The translations under genes and the position numbers were made by a program. This document shows, piece after piece, positions 52,370-64,000 of a DNA stretch of 64,000 bases. Each line of letters begins with the position of its first letter. Within the stretch, counting starts at the first letter, position 1. The notes under the pieces are model-generated. The model made no database searches and was not told the origin of the DNA. It was given only the letters and a program-made list of their open reading frames with translations. This DNA comes from Vicugna vicugna (Eukaryota): the NCBI GenBank assembly GCA_013265495.1, contig MU058584.1, positions 842,616-906,615 on the forward strand. The letters run 5' to 3'.

Positions 52370-55240
52370 TACTTTTTGAAAAATAGCTTCAGTGACGTAT
52401 CCCTGGCATACAATAAACTACACACATTAAAAAATGCACAGTATGATCTGTTTTGACATATGTATAAAGCCGTGAAATCAACACCGTAACAAGATAATGA
52501 GCATGTCCATCGCTACCAACAGTTTCTTTGTGCCCCTTTGTAATTCCTCCCGCCCATCCCTCCCTTCCCCAGAAAACCCCTGACCTGGTTTCTGTCAGTG
52601 CAGACTGACTTGTTTTCATTTTCTAGGATTATATATAAATGGAAGCATACAGTATGTACTCTTCTTGCCCAACTTCTTTCACTCAGCACAATTATTTTGA
52701 AATGCATCTGTGTTGCAGCCTGTATTGATGAAGGGTTCTTTTTTTATCACTGAGGAGTAGAGATGGGGAGGAAAGTGAGGCGCCAGGGTGCACGGTGCAA
52801 GCAGGCACTCACTCTCAGGGTCCCGCAAAGACAGCACTGGCACCTCCATGGCCCTGGGAGTGAGCGCATCCTTATATCTTGCACCCTATGCTCTTCAATT
52901 GCTTCTTTATAATCCCAGTCCTGCTGAGGAGTATTTTATTATTTCATTGCATGAGTATATCATCATTTGCTTATCCTTTTACCTGCTGATGGACATATGA
53001 CTTTTCCCCCCAGTTTATATCATCTCTTACAAATAAAGCTGTTAGGAATACTCCCTGGTCTTCGTGTGGACATACACTTTCATTTCTTTTGGGTAAATAC
53101 CTAGTAGTGAATGGCTGCATAATAGGGGAGGTGTATATCCATGTAGGTCTGAGTCTGGACTTTCTCCTGTTTCCCTGATATATTTGTCTGTCTTTATACC
53201 AATATCACACTGTAGTCATTTCTGTAGTTTTAAAATAAGTCTTAAAATCTGATGTCAGTCCTTCCTCTTTGATCTTCTTTTTCAAAGTTGTTCTGGCTAT
53301 CCTGGGATCTTAGCATTTCCGTATGAATTTTAGAATCATTTTGTTTATTTATACAAAAATGCCTGCTGAGACTTTGATTGGATAGAATGGACATCTGAAT
53401 AGTATTGAATCTTTTGACCCATGAACATTACGGTATGTATCTTCAATTATTTAGATCTTTAATTTCTTTTTGCAATGGTGGGTAATTTTTAGTGTGCAGG
53501 TCTTTTACATCTTTTGTCATATTTATCTCCAAGTGTTTTATAATTTTTGATCCTACTGTAGCTTGTTCACTGCTAGTATATAGAAACACAGCAGATTATT
53601 GCATATTGATCCCATGTCCTGAATCCTTATTGAACTCATTTTTTAGTTGTAGTAATAGCTTTTTTTCTTTCTTTTTTCTTTCTTTTAATCTGATTTCTCA
53701 TATAACTGATTATATTATCTGCAGTGAAAAACATTTTTACTTCTTCCTTTCCAGTCTGGGTGCCATTTATCATTTCCCCCCTGTCTTATATCTCTATCTG
53801 GAAATTCTAATATGATTTTTAAAATTGAAGAAAAATTGACATAAGAGTATACTAGTTTCAGGTATACAACATAATGACTCTATAATTGTATATTTTGAGA
53901 AATTATCACTACACTAAGTCTAGTTAACATCTATTACCACACATAGTTACAAATATAATTTTTTTTCTTGTGATGAGAATTTTTAAGATCTACTCTCTTA
54001 GCAACTTCCACATATGCAATATAGTATTATTAATTATAGTCTCATGCTATGCCTGTGTATACATAGTCCCATGTATAACTCAGTATATTATTATTATTTT
54101 TGTTTGAATAGCCAATTATACTTAAAGAGATGTGAGTAACATTAAAAGTCATCTTACATATTTACCAATTACCAAGTAATTACCATTTTGAATGGGAGAT
54201 TTCTTGTCATCTTTATCTTTGATCCACTGTTCATAATGTATCCTTTTCCTCTAGACGTTTTTAAAATATTCCTCCTTGTAAGCAATTGGATTATGATACA
54301 CTGTAGCGTAATTTTCTTCATGTTTCTTGTGCTTCAGGTTGTTAAAAAAATTTCCACCACTTCTTATTCAAGTAAGTTTTTCTGTCTTCCTCTCTCCTCT
54401 TCTTCAAGGACTCCATTTATCTGTATATCTAGATATTTGAAATTGTTCCACATCTTTTTTTTAATTGATTGATTAATTAATTGATTCTCTTTTCTGTCAT
54501 TGTTTCATTTTGTATAGTTTCTATTGCTGTCTTTATGTTAACTAATTTTTTTCTCCAGTGTGTAAGCTGCTTTTAATCCCTTGCAACGTATTTTATCTCA
54601 CACATTCAAGTTTCATCTCTAGAAATTTGCTTTACCTCTTTTCTATAGCCTCTATAGCTCTCCTTATATATTTGAACATATGCAATACAGTTTTAACTAT
54701 TTTAATGTTCTTCTTTTCCAGTTCTAACTTCTATATTAGTTCTGGATCTGTTTCAATTGATTTTTTTTTCTCATTGTAGGTTCTATTTCTCTGCTTCTCT
54801 TATATACCTGTTTGTTTTTTTTAATTGCACGGGATGTATTTATACTAAAAAAAAATCATTCCATGTTAATCTGAATTTAAGTTTAGCTAGGGATCCTGTA
54901 TTATTTTATCTGGCAGTCCTACGTCCTGAGAGCTCTGGTCCCCTTGACCTCTGCCGACTCTTATCTGCGTCTTCTCAGCTCAGGGACTCCTCCAGCCTCT
55001 GCCTGCATCCTCACTCACTGTGCTGCAGCCTGGACGCTCTTTCACGGCAGTGAGCTGTTGCAACTCTGGGGCCCTTCTTTGTTTCCTGCCTCTGGGATTG
55101 TTGGCCTTGGTTGTCTGATATTCATTATAATGAAACCCAATTTGTCATATACTATTCCCAGGGCTTTTTTTTGGTTGTTTTCCCCAGGAGTATAAATCTG
55201 GCTTTTGTTACTCTATCTTGGTTGGAGAAGGAAGTTCATC
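52370..55240 (-). mobile_element. Cluster of old, fragmented L1 sequence with nested younger elements
   Basis: A T-rich reverse L1 3'-UTR and ORF2 tract. It contains a nested L1MA-type 3' end at about 53815-54050 and a MER96-like element at 52758-52923. Confidence 0.75.
52758..52923. mobile_element. MER96-like palindromic hAT MITE with 8-bp TSD
   Basis: The TSD ctgaggag is at 52750-52757 and 52924-52931. The inverted arms are aggcactcactctcaggg and ccctgggagtgagcgcat. Confidence 0.8.
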
Positions 55241-55712
55241 TCCAGAGATGATTATTTTTAGCTAGAGGCCAAAACAAGGTGCTGATGGGGGCCAGAGCTC
55301 TGTGTTCAGTACCTTCATAGAAGAGTTTTTTGGCTCTGCTCTATAATTTCATGAAATCAGCTTTCTAGAAAAAAAAAATGCTATGAATCATGGAAGGTAC
55401 CTGGTGATAATGAGGATGATTCACCACTGTTGGGAAACTGATTAGAAGTGCATGTCGGCTAATAAGGAAATGGGGGTGGGCCATGGAGTCATTACCAAAT
55501 CAAAGGATAAATCAGCACATTACAGAACTTGTCAGAGTTTGGACCAAAAGATAGGGTTGGCTGAGGATCAATACTTGGAAAATTGAATGCTATTAAGTTT
55601 GGATTCAGGGTCAGGAACAAAAAAAGGCTGAGAGAGCCAAAGAAGTCAAACTGGGCTCATCGAGGGCCTTAGTCCCTCTTTCCTGTCCAATAATCAGTTA
55701 CACCCTAGCTGA

Positions 55713-55877
<165 letters not shown>

Positions 55878-57281
55878 TGAGGATGGATACCCCAAGAAAA
55901 CCTGAGCTCCGGGTTGGGCAGAATTACCGACTCAAGGGGCTAAGGAAGACGGGTGGTACTTGGTGGGAGCTGGGGGGATAGGAGCAGGACATCCAGTGGG
56001 GCCTGTCCTGTTCTGCATGTTTTCAGGGGAAAAATTCAGGGCCTGGCATCATCTGCTGGTCCAGCGACCTCATCCTGACCACAGAGGCCCTGGGGCCGCA
56101 TCAGGCATGGCAGATGGGTTCACTGACATGCAGTGGACTTGCTTTGTCTCAGCTTCTCACTATGAGCAACTGCAGGAAGTGGACTGCAGCGGTAGATACA
56201 GGAAGGCGCAGCTTAGGTGGGACACTGGGAGTTAGGAGACCCAGCCCTCTTCTCAGTGGCCGTCTGTGAAACATCTCGCACATTGCCAGACACCAAGGCC
56301 TTAAACGGACATTGAGGCATCCAGCAATTCTTCCCTTCTCTGAAGGGCCCTCACACAGAAGGGCCACCCTCATCCAAAAAACAGAGTATGATGGATTCTT
56401 TGTGTTCTAATATCAGGGGCCCTTTAAAGCAATATATTCCTGTGTCAAAAACGATTCAGCTTGTTAGGGCCTCATTTTCTTCCTGGAATCTAGTTCTTTT
56501 GATATTAAAGTATTGACTTCTGTTAAAATGGAATTACCCATTAGAAAAGCAACTGTGGTGAACCTTCCCCATGATTTCTTGGTGTGTGAAAGATTAGAGT
56601 GATGTTTGTTGGGGCTGGAAGGGAGCAACAATGAGTAGATGCCATCTGTGAGTGAAGGCACATTCGAGGGAAGATGGAAAGGGGTAAGAGGTTCCCAAAG
56701 TAAACTTTATAATGATTTCACGATTTTGCTGGCTGGTAGCTCAGCCTGGAGGTAATAAAGTGAAACCAGATTATTTACTATTCCCTGACATATCCTAACC
56801 ACTCTCACCATAAGGTTTCTTTGGCCCTTTGCTGAGCTGCCAGGCTTACCCTACTGGTTAAAATTCCACTGCATTACACAACCCACACTAGAGATCTTAT
56901 GACTCCTCCCTCGCCACTCCTATAACTTGATATCCAGGCAGGGAGTGGCCAGCCTTGTTATGCCGAGACTGAAAATGGGGGGTGGTGTTATGATGAGTCA
57001 GTGGGGAGCAGAGGGTAGAAAGGGTTTCATTGCATGGGACCTCCCTTGAGATCTCTGAGTCACGATGGGAAATGAAGGCTACATGTCATCTGAAGACCTC
57101 TCGCTCCCTGGTGGTAACTGTATTTCTGGGTTTCACAGTGCCCCAGGGAGAGGGAACTGACCACAAGTGGAAACTGTGGTGATGGACTGATGGGGAGAGC
57201 CCAGAATGTCCATCTGGACTGGACTCCCAGCCTGTTCTCTCCCCCTAGGGCAGGCAGCTACTTGCTGGGGATGGTAAATAG

Positions 57282-57686
<405 letters not shown>

Positions 57687-57846
57687 TGACACAAGGTGAG
57701 GGAGGGTTGGGTGGGGGGCATAGAGAGGAATATCAAGGCAGCTGAGAAAGCTGAGTGGATACATTCTGCTCCTTGAATTAAAAACAGAGGGTCCATTAAA
57801 AAGGTAATGACTTGGGGGATGAAGAAGAGTCAGTTTAATTTTATAG

Positions 57847-58053
<207 letters not shown>

Positions 58054-58375
58054 TAAATCTTATTAAAAAAAAAACCCAAAAACAAAAAAACCCAACCCCC
58101 TGGGAAATAAAGGCAATCAAATCAGAAAGAGATGGGGTTACTAATCACCAAGAAGTGATTCCCTCTTGGTTAGAACAAAGAAAGGCGTATTGTTCATCCA
58201 CCCAGTGCCCCATGCCCGGAAGAGTGCATTCCAAGTCACTTTGCTGACGGCTGCTAAGGAGTGCTCCTCAGCGGTGCTTCCTGTATGTCTGCTTTGAGTG
58301 CTGGTGGACACACTGCTCAAGGTTGCACTCTCCAAGCCTCAGGTGGCCCCCTAGGATAGTTAGTCTGAGGAGTAA

Positions 58376-58525
<150 letters not shown>

Positions 58526-59396
58526 TAAATTCTGGGAAACAGTCATCATTGGAATGGGGAAATGGCCACCAGAAGAGAATAATATTTTATCATGGTTTGG
58601 GAACAATAATCAATGAACCAACCAGTCAACTAACCAGTGTTTATTTAGACCTTATACTAGGCATTACGAGATAAATTTAGGTGAAGTAAAATATGTAGTC
58701 TTTATTTGGGAGGAACTTAGAGCTTAGTGGGGAAGACAAAGTAATTACAAGAAAAACAATAAATTATACGAAACAAGGGCTACTTTTGTGGCATGGCTAA
58801 GTAAGGTAGCCATATCTTTTGACCCTCAAAACAGGGCATATGGTCTGACACAAATGATAGCCTACTAAAAGAGACAAGGGGCCAGAAGAATTGTAGTTAT
58901 AAGTATAATAAATTGGACAGGTAAGGAAGTCCAGAAAGAATGAACCCCATAAAAATAAATGCTTTAGAACTTGTGGGGAAAAAAGGAGACTATTAACGCT
59001 TACAATAAATAGACAAGGAAAGTTTCTAGGATGAGATCAGAATTGGATCAGAGGGAGGTAGGTAGAAAGGAGCGTAGAAAGGAGAGCAGGGATGAGGACC
59101 AGAATGGCCTGACTACAGCAGAAGCTAGAACTGGGAGCAGCAGAAGGACCAATGGATACACCTGAAGTGGACCAATGGAGGGCCACGGTGGAGAAGCATG
59201 TTCAGATACAGGAGGAATTCAGGCTTGGATAAGAGATGTTCCCACCTATCCCAACTCACTCCACGTCTTGCCAATCTTCTTCCACCCTACTTCAACCGTG
59301 TTCTCTCTCTTGGCTTGGTCTTTGTCTGCAAACATTGAGCCTGGCAGAAAGGTCTGACCATAGTGAAGTTCAGAATAGATGATGGAGGTTGATGGT

Positions 59397-59439
59397 GAGA
59401 GAGAGAGAGAGAGAGGAAGAGAAAGAGAGAGAAAGAGAG
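59397..59439. repeat. (GA)n polypurine microsatellite
   Basis: Seen directly in the sequence. Confidence 0.9.
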
Positions 59440-59689
59440 GGATTAGTGAGTCTCAGGAAGAGAAGTGTGGAGTTAGAACACTTCCATCGTCTTAGGTGTA
59501 AAGCACTGCCCTCCGGTTTTCATGCCCTGTGTGAGGACCTGACTCACCCAGTCTTCTCCTAGTCACTTCCTTTTCATCTACTTAGTCACTGTTCTTCCCC
59601 TTTTACTTAATCTGCCTTGGCATCATTTCACTTAGCCACACCCAACTGCATAAATTTAAAGCACAGAGGAAATCAGAGATCAATTGAAT

Positions 59690-60960
59690 TCAATTTAGTT
59701 TCATAAATCTTTGTTAATCAACTGTTACTATGTACAAGGAATTTGGCTAGACTTGGTGGGTATTCGAATGTAATGAATTCATTGATCTTACCTTTAGGAA
59801 GCTCAGAGTTAGGAATGGAGGCTAAACCAGGATATAAATTACTATGATATGAACGTAAGAGTAAGAGATATACTGTGAATGATTTGGGATTCAAAGAAAC
59901 AAGGAAGCTATAACAGGAAAGTGCAGCATAGGGAGGGAAAACACTTGGATTCATGTAATAAAAATATTTCTGTTTGCTATGAGGCTAACGTGATAAAAAT
60001 GTGTCAGAAAAGAATTCTGTAAAGGCAAAGTGCTACATATATATGTAAGTTATCATCTGATTGGATGACAAATTAAAACATAATAGAATAGATGAAATCT
60101 GATATGGCCCCAAAAGACGGGTAGAACTTTCACAGGTAAAGAATCTCGAAATGGCATTTTGGGCAGAAGGAATAGCATGAGGACAAATGAATCGTGGTCG
60201 TCAGGTTTAGGGGAAAGCCCAGGAAAGATCCACAATGTCGTTAACCACGGGCCATATTTATGCAGCAAAGCAGAAATGAGAAGCATAGCAAGGTAGATTT
60301 CAGAGGTTCTTGAATGTCAGGGCCAGGAAGAAGAGGGGGAGAAGAGGGAGTTCTTCTTTATCAACATCATCAACACAGTAAGTCACCGAAGATTTTTAAA
60401 GCTGGAGAAGAACATGTTGGGAACTCCACTTTAGGCAGATTAATCGAGCTGCATTCAAAGGTGAGATTTGAATGGGGGGGTGACCTTTTCTAATTCCAAA
60501 TTCTGTTAAATGGAAGAATTAAGGACTCAGGCTAATTTGATGGTGACTGTGGGAATGAGAATGAGACAGGGTTATTTATTTAGGGACCATCTCCGGTCTG
60601 ATTGGATACAGGGAGCAAGACAGTAATGTGAGGAAAAGAGTTAGATGAAACAGATTAGTCTAGGTTACTGAAACAATGGAGATAACATTTATTCACTCAA
60701 CAAACATATTTTGAATGCTTATCATGCTCCAGGTACTCTCAGTGAATGTGGAAGAGAAGTATAATTGACAGAAATGGGAAAACTAGGTGAAGGATTAGTT
60801 TAGAAAAGGATGGTGATGGATTCAGTCTGAAATATAAATTTAATGGGACTGACAGAGCATTCAAATAGAGAAATAAGGTGGGTAACTGGAAATATGGCTC
60901 TGGGTGGACCCCAGAGGAAAGATTAAAAAAATAATTACAGAAATTTAGACACAATCAGCT
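59690..60960 (-). mobile_element. Degenerate L2 fragments
   Basis: Purine-rich reverse L2-like tract (gggcagaaggaatagcatg; attcactcaacaaacatattttgaatgc). Confidence 0.55.
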
Positions 60961-62482
60961 TCTACTTAATAACTTTGGTAATTAGACACCTAGTTGGGGT
61001 GTGGCTGAGTGATGAGACACGAAGTTACCTAATTCAAGGTCTCAGGAAATAATCATAGTAGCAAAAGTTACTTTTTTTTTAACTAAAAAAAATTGTAAAA
61101 TAGTGTATGCTGTCGTAGTAATTCTAACAATTCTCAAGTATATGAAGTAAACAGGGATAATTTCTTTCCTTACCCCTTTCCCACTTGGTTAGATTTTGAT
61201 TAAAGAGAAATTGGATGAGCATTCCTTTCAATTTGTGTTGCTTTTCTTGAGGCTTTCACGGGGATTTATTTTTCTGGGGACAATGGGAAATATATTTATT
61301 GCAAGTAAATTTATGTTCTCCTAGCCTTCTAATCTGTAAAGAGAGGAAAAAGATGGCAAAACCTTGGAAGGGAGATCCAGGCTCTGGTCATTGTGGATAA
61401 GGCCAGTCAAATGTTATAATTTGCAGAACATTTTTCAACGAACACATACATTTAAAAATGTATCTGTAAGGCTGGCACAATCACTCTTAGTAATTTTTTT
61501 GTAATTCACAAATTTTACATATCATTGGTCTGACTATAATCTCAAGGGTCACATGCATTATTGCTTGAGGGTACAATATATCAGTCTCTTCATTTGGGAG
61601 ACTCCTGACATATTTTCCAGAGCTTGAGGGGGAAGAAGTTCCCCATGATGGGTTCTTTCTCTGTCTTTCAATGGAAAGAAGGAAGGAGGTCTTTTTGTGT
61701 TCTTCAGATAGTCAACATAAATGCAGATACATCCCACACAGCAGTCTGGCTTCTGGCAAACTCAGCCGTTCAAAGCAGAGCCTCACACTCAGAAGTGGAA
61801 AGGCTGCCAAGCTAGAAAAGAAAATTATATCCAATGCCTCATGTCATCCTTTCATTTTCCTCCATGAGTCTATTATTCTACAAATGTAATTAAAGTTAAA
61901 TACAAATTAGTATTTAAATTTGGCTGAGGTCACTTTTATTTTTTCCTTTAGTTTTATATCAAATTAAGCTGTTGAAAATGTGGGGTAGAGGAAGGCATGG
62001 CTGGATTATCTGGAATTGATTCATTGAACAATAACAACATACTGTCAAAGGAGAGTCAGAAAAAATTTCCAGATGCCTCCTGGACCATTTACTTAGTCAT
62101 GGGCAAGCATCTCTGTCTACTGTAGTGTTCATTCTATGCGTTCATTCATTTAATCATTAATGGATTTGTTAATCAAATGCATTTGGTGATATTGAATCAT
62201 TATTTAAAGACTTACTATATCAAATATATAAGAACAGGTAAGGATACAATAGACCATAGAAAGCTTTTTATATACAATGATAAAAAATTATCTAAAAGCT
62301 TTGCTATTAAAAAGATTAGCATCAAATATTTTGTAAAATTCACTTACATGAAATTCTTAGTTCTCCATTGATGCTAAGGATAAATGAGTCAGTGTTATAA
62401 AACATACTGGATTTTTCATAATTCTTCAACCTCCAAGATGATCAGCTCTTACAAAATCTGGGGTGGAGAAACTGGATGATAG

Positions 62483-62848
<366 letters not shown>

Positions 62849-62953
62849 TGAGTGACTTCATCTTTCTGGGCTTGTTTCTTCATTTGTAAATAAGGATGCT
62901 GAACGAAGTCACTGTTGCTCAATGTGTATTTTTTGCTGTTACTGTTTCAACAC

Positions 62954-63202
62954 CAGAGTCAACACACGCCTTAGGCAGAGCGGACGCAGTGTCCCGGGTC
63001 CACAGTACTTTTTTAACATCCATGGAAATGGTATAATTTCTTTTAATGTTAGAATAAAAGAAATGAACTTTGGGGTCAAAAGTTATTCTCATCTTTTTAA
63101 CAATGCAGTCGTAAAATGTAATTTTAATATATAATTTTATGGGGGGAGGGGCCCACAAAGGCAAAAGTGACTCGAGCCATTGGAAGTCATTACATGGTCC
63201 TG
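62954..63202. mobile_element. ORSL-like hAT-Tip100 DNA transposon fossil
   Basis: caatgcagtcgtaaaatgtaatttt...gggcccacaaaggcaaaagtg...aagtcattacatggtcctg resembles the ORSL consensus as recalled. Confidence 0.65.
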
Positions 63203-64000
63203 GCCCCATTCTGCAGGGAGAGGACACCCTTGTCAGTAAGGGTGGCTCGTTCCAGCTCCAATTCTCAATGGAAGAAGAATGGGCTTTGCATTTTGAGTCA
63301 CTTCCCACCCCCTGAGTGCTTCCTCCATGCCTATAGCACTGAGAAGTCCTGACGGAAGATCCCCGAGTTTTTTTCTCCTTATCTATTATCATCCATCTGT
63401 GTAGGTGTCTGGTTCTCTTATCAGACCTCAAGCTCCTCCGAGGTAGTGATTCTGCTTTCTGATCTCTATACCCAAGTGTCTGGCACTTAATACATGCACA
63501 ATAAATGTTTGCAGATGAACAAATGATATCCCTTAGTGCCTATTCTAACCATTTATACTTATAAATATCTCTGCCACCCTGGATAGAAGGAGGAAGAGAG
63601 ATGATGGACAGGAACAGGACACTGACCAATAGTATTTCCTTTACCATAAAGAGAAACTTGAAGACAGAGGAGGGCCAGGCAGAAAGAATCGCTGTGACTC
63701 CTGGCTGGGCCAACATCAGGGTTCTAGACCTCGGTCCCAGGGTTTCAATCTGTCTTCTCTGTGGAATCTCTCTGACTCTTTGTCCAGTCAGAGAAGCTGG
63801 TTAGATTCAAGGTTTGAAGATGGGGTGGTGAGGTGGGTTTAACCCAAGTCTGTTCTAAGGCCTAAATGTAAATTATTAGGGTTTTTGTTTGTTTTGTTTT
63901 TTGCTAAAATACCATCACCCAAAAGTCTGTATTAAAATGCAAGTATTTTACCTGTGGGAGAGTAAAACATTAAAAATTAATGTCTTGAATGCAATAGCAG

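Overview
This is mammalian genomic DNA, almost certainly camelid (alpaca, llama or camel), judged from two tRNA-Ala-derived Vic-1-type SINEs. The window holds the 5' coding part of DDR2 (discoidin domain receptor tyrosine kinase 2, a collagen receptor) on the + strand. Six coding exons lie at 33260-33341, 55774-55876, 57332-57563, 57880-58027, 58419-58524 and 62551-62734. All have canonical AG/GT boundaries and splice into an uninterrupted 285-codon frame covering the signal peptide, the discoidin (DS) domain and the start of the DS-like domain. The gene continues past the right edge. The first 33 kb is most likely 5'-UTR intron. The rest is intron filled with L1, L2, MIR, MaLR/ERV LTR, hAT DNA-transposon fossils and microsatellites. 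Nearly all ORFs in the supplied track are chance ORFs. I found no evidence of a new biological system. The best second-look items are local: an intact antisense solo LTR beside a GC-box/CpG-rich segment, a candidate optional 5'-UTR exon with a uORF and a GC donor, a 35-nt retroposition with a perfect 15-bp target-site duplication (TSD), a twin-primed L1, an L1 tail skewed towards GC, a hairpin MITE, and a competing splice acceptor. Repeat family names come from recalled consensus similarity, not a database search, and repeat boundaries are approximate unless a TSD is given.
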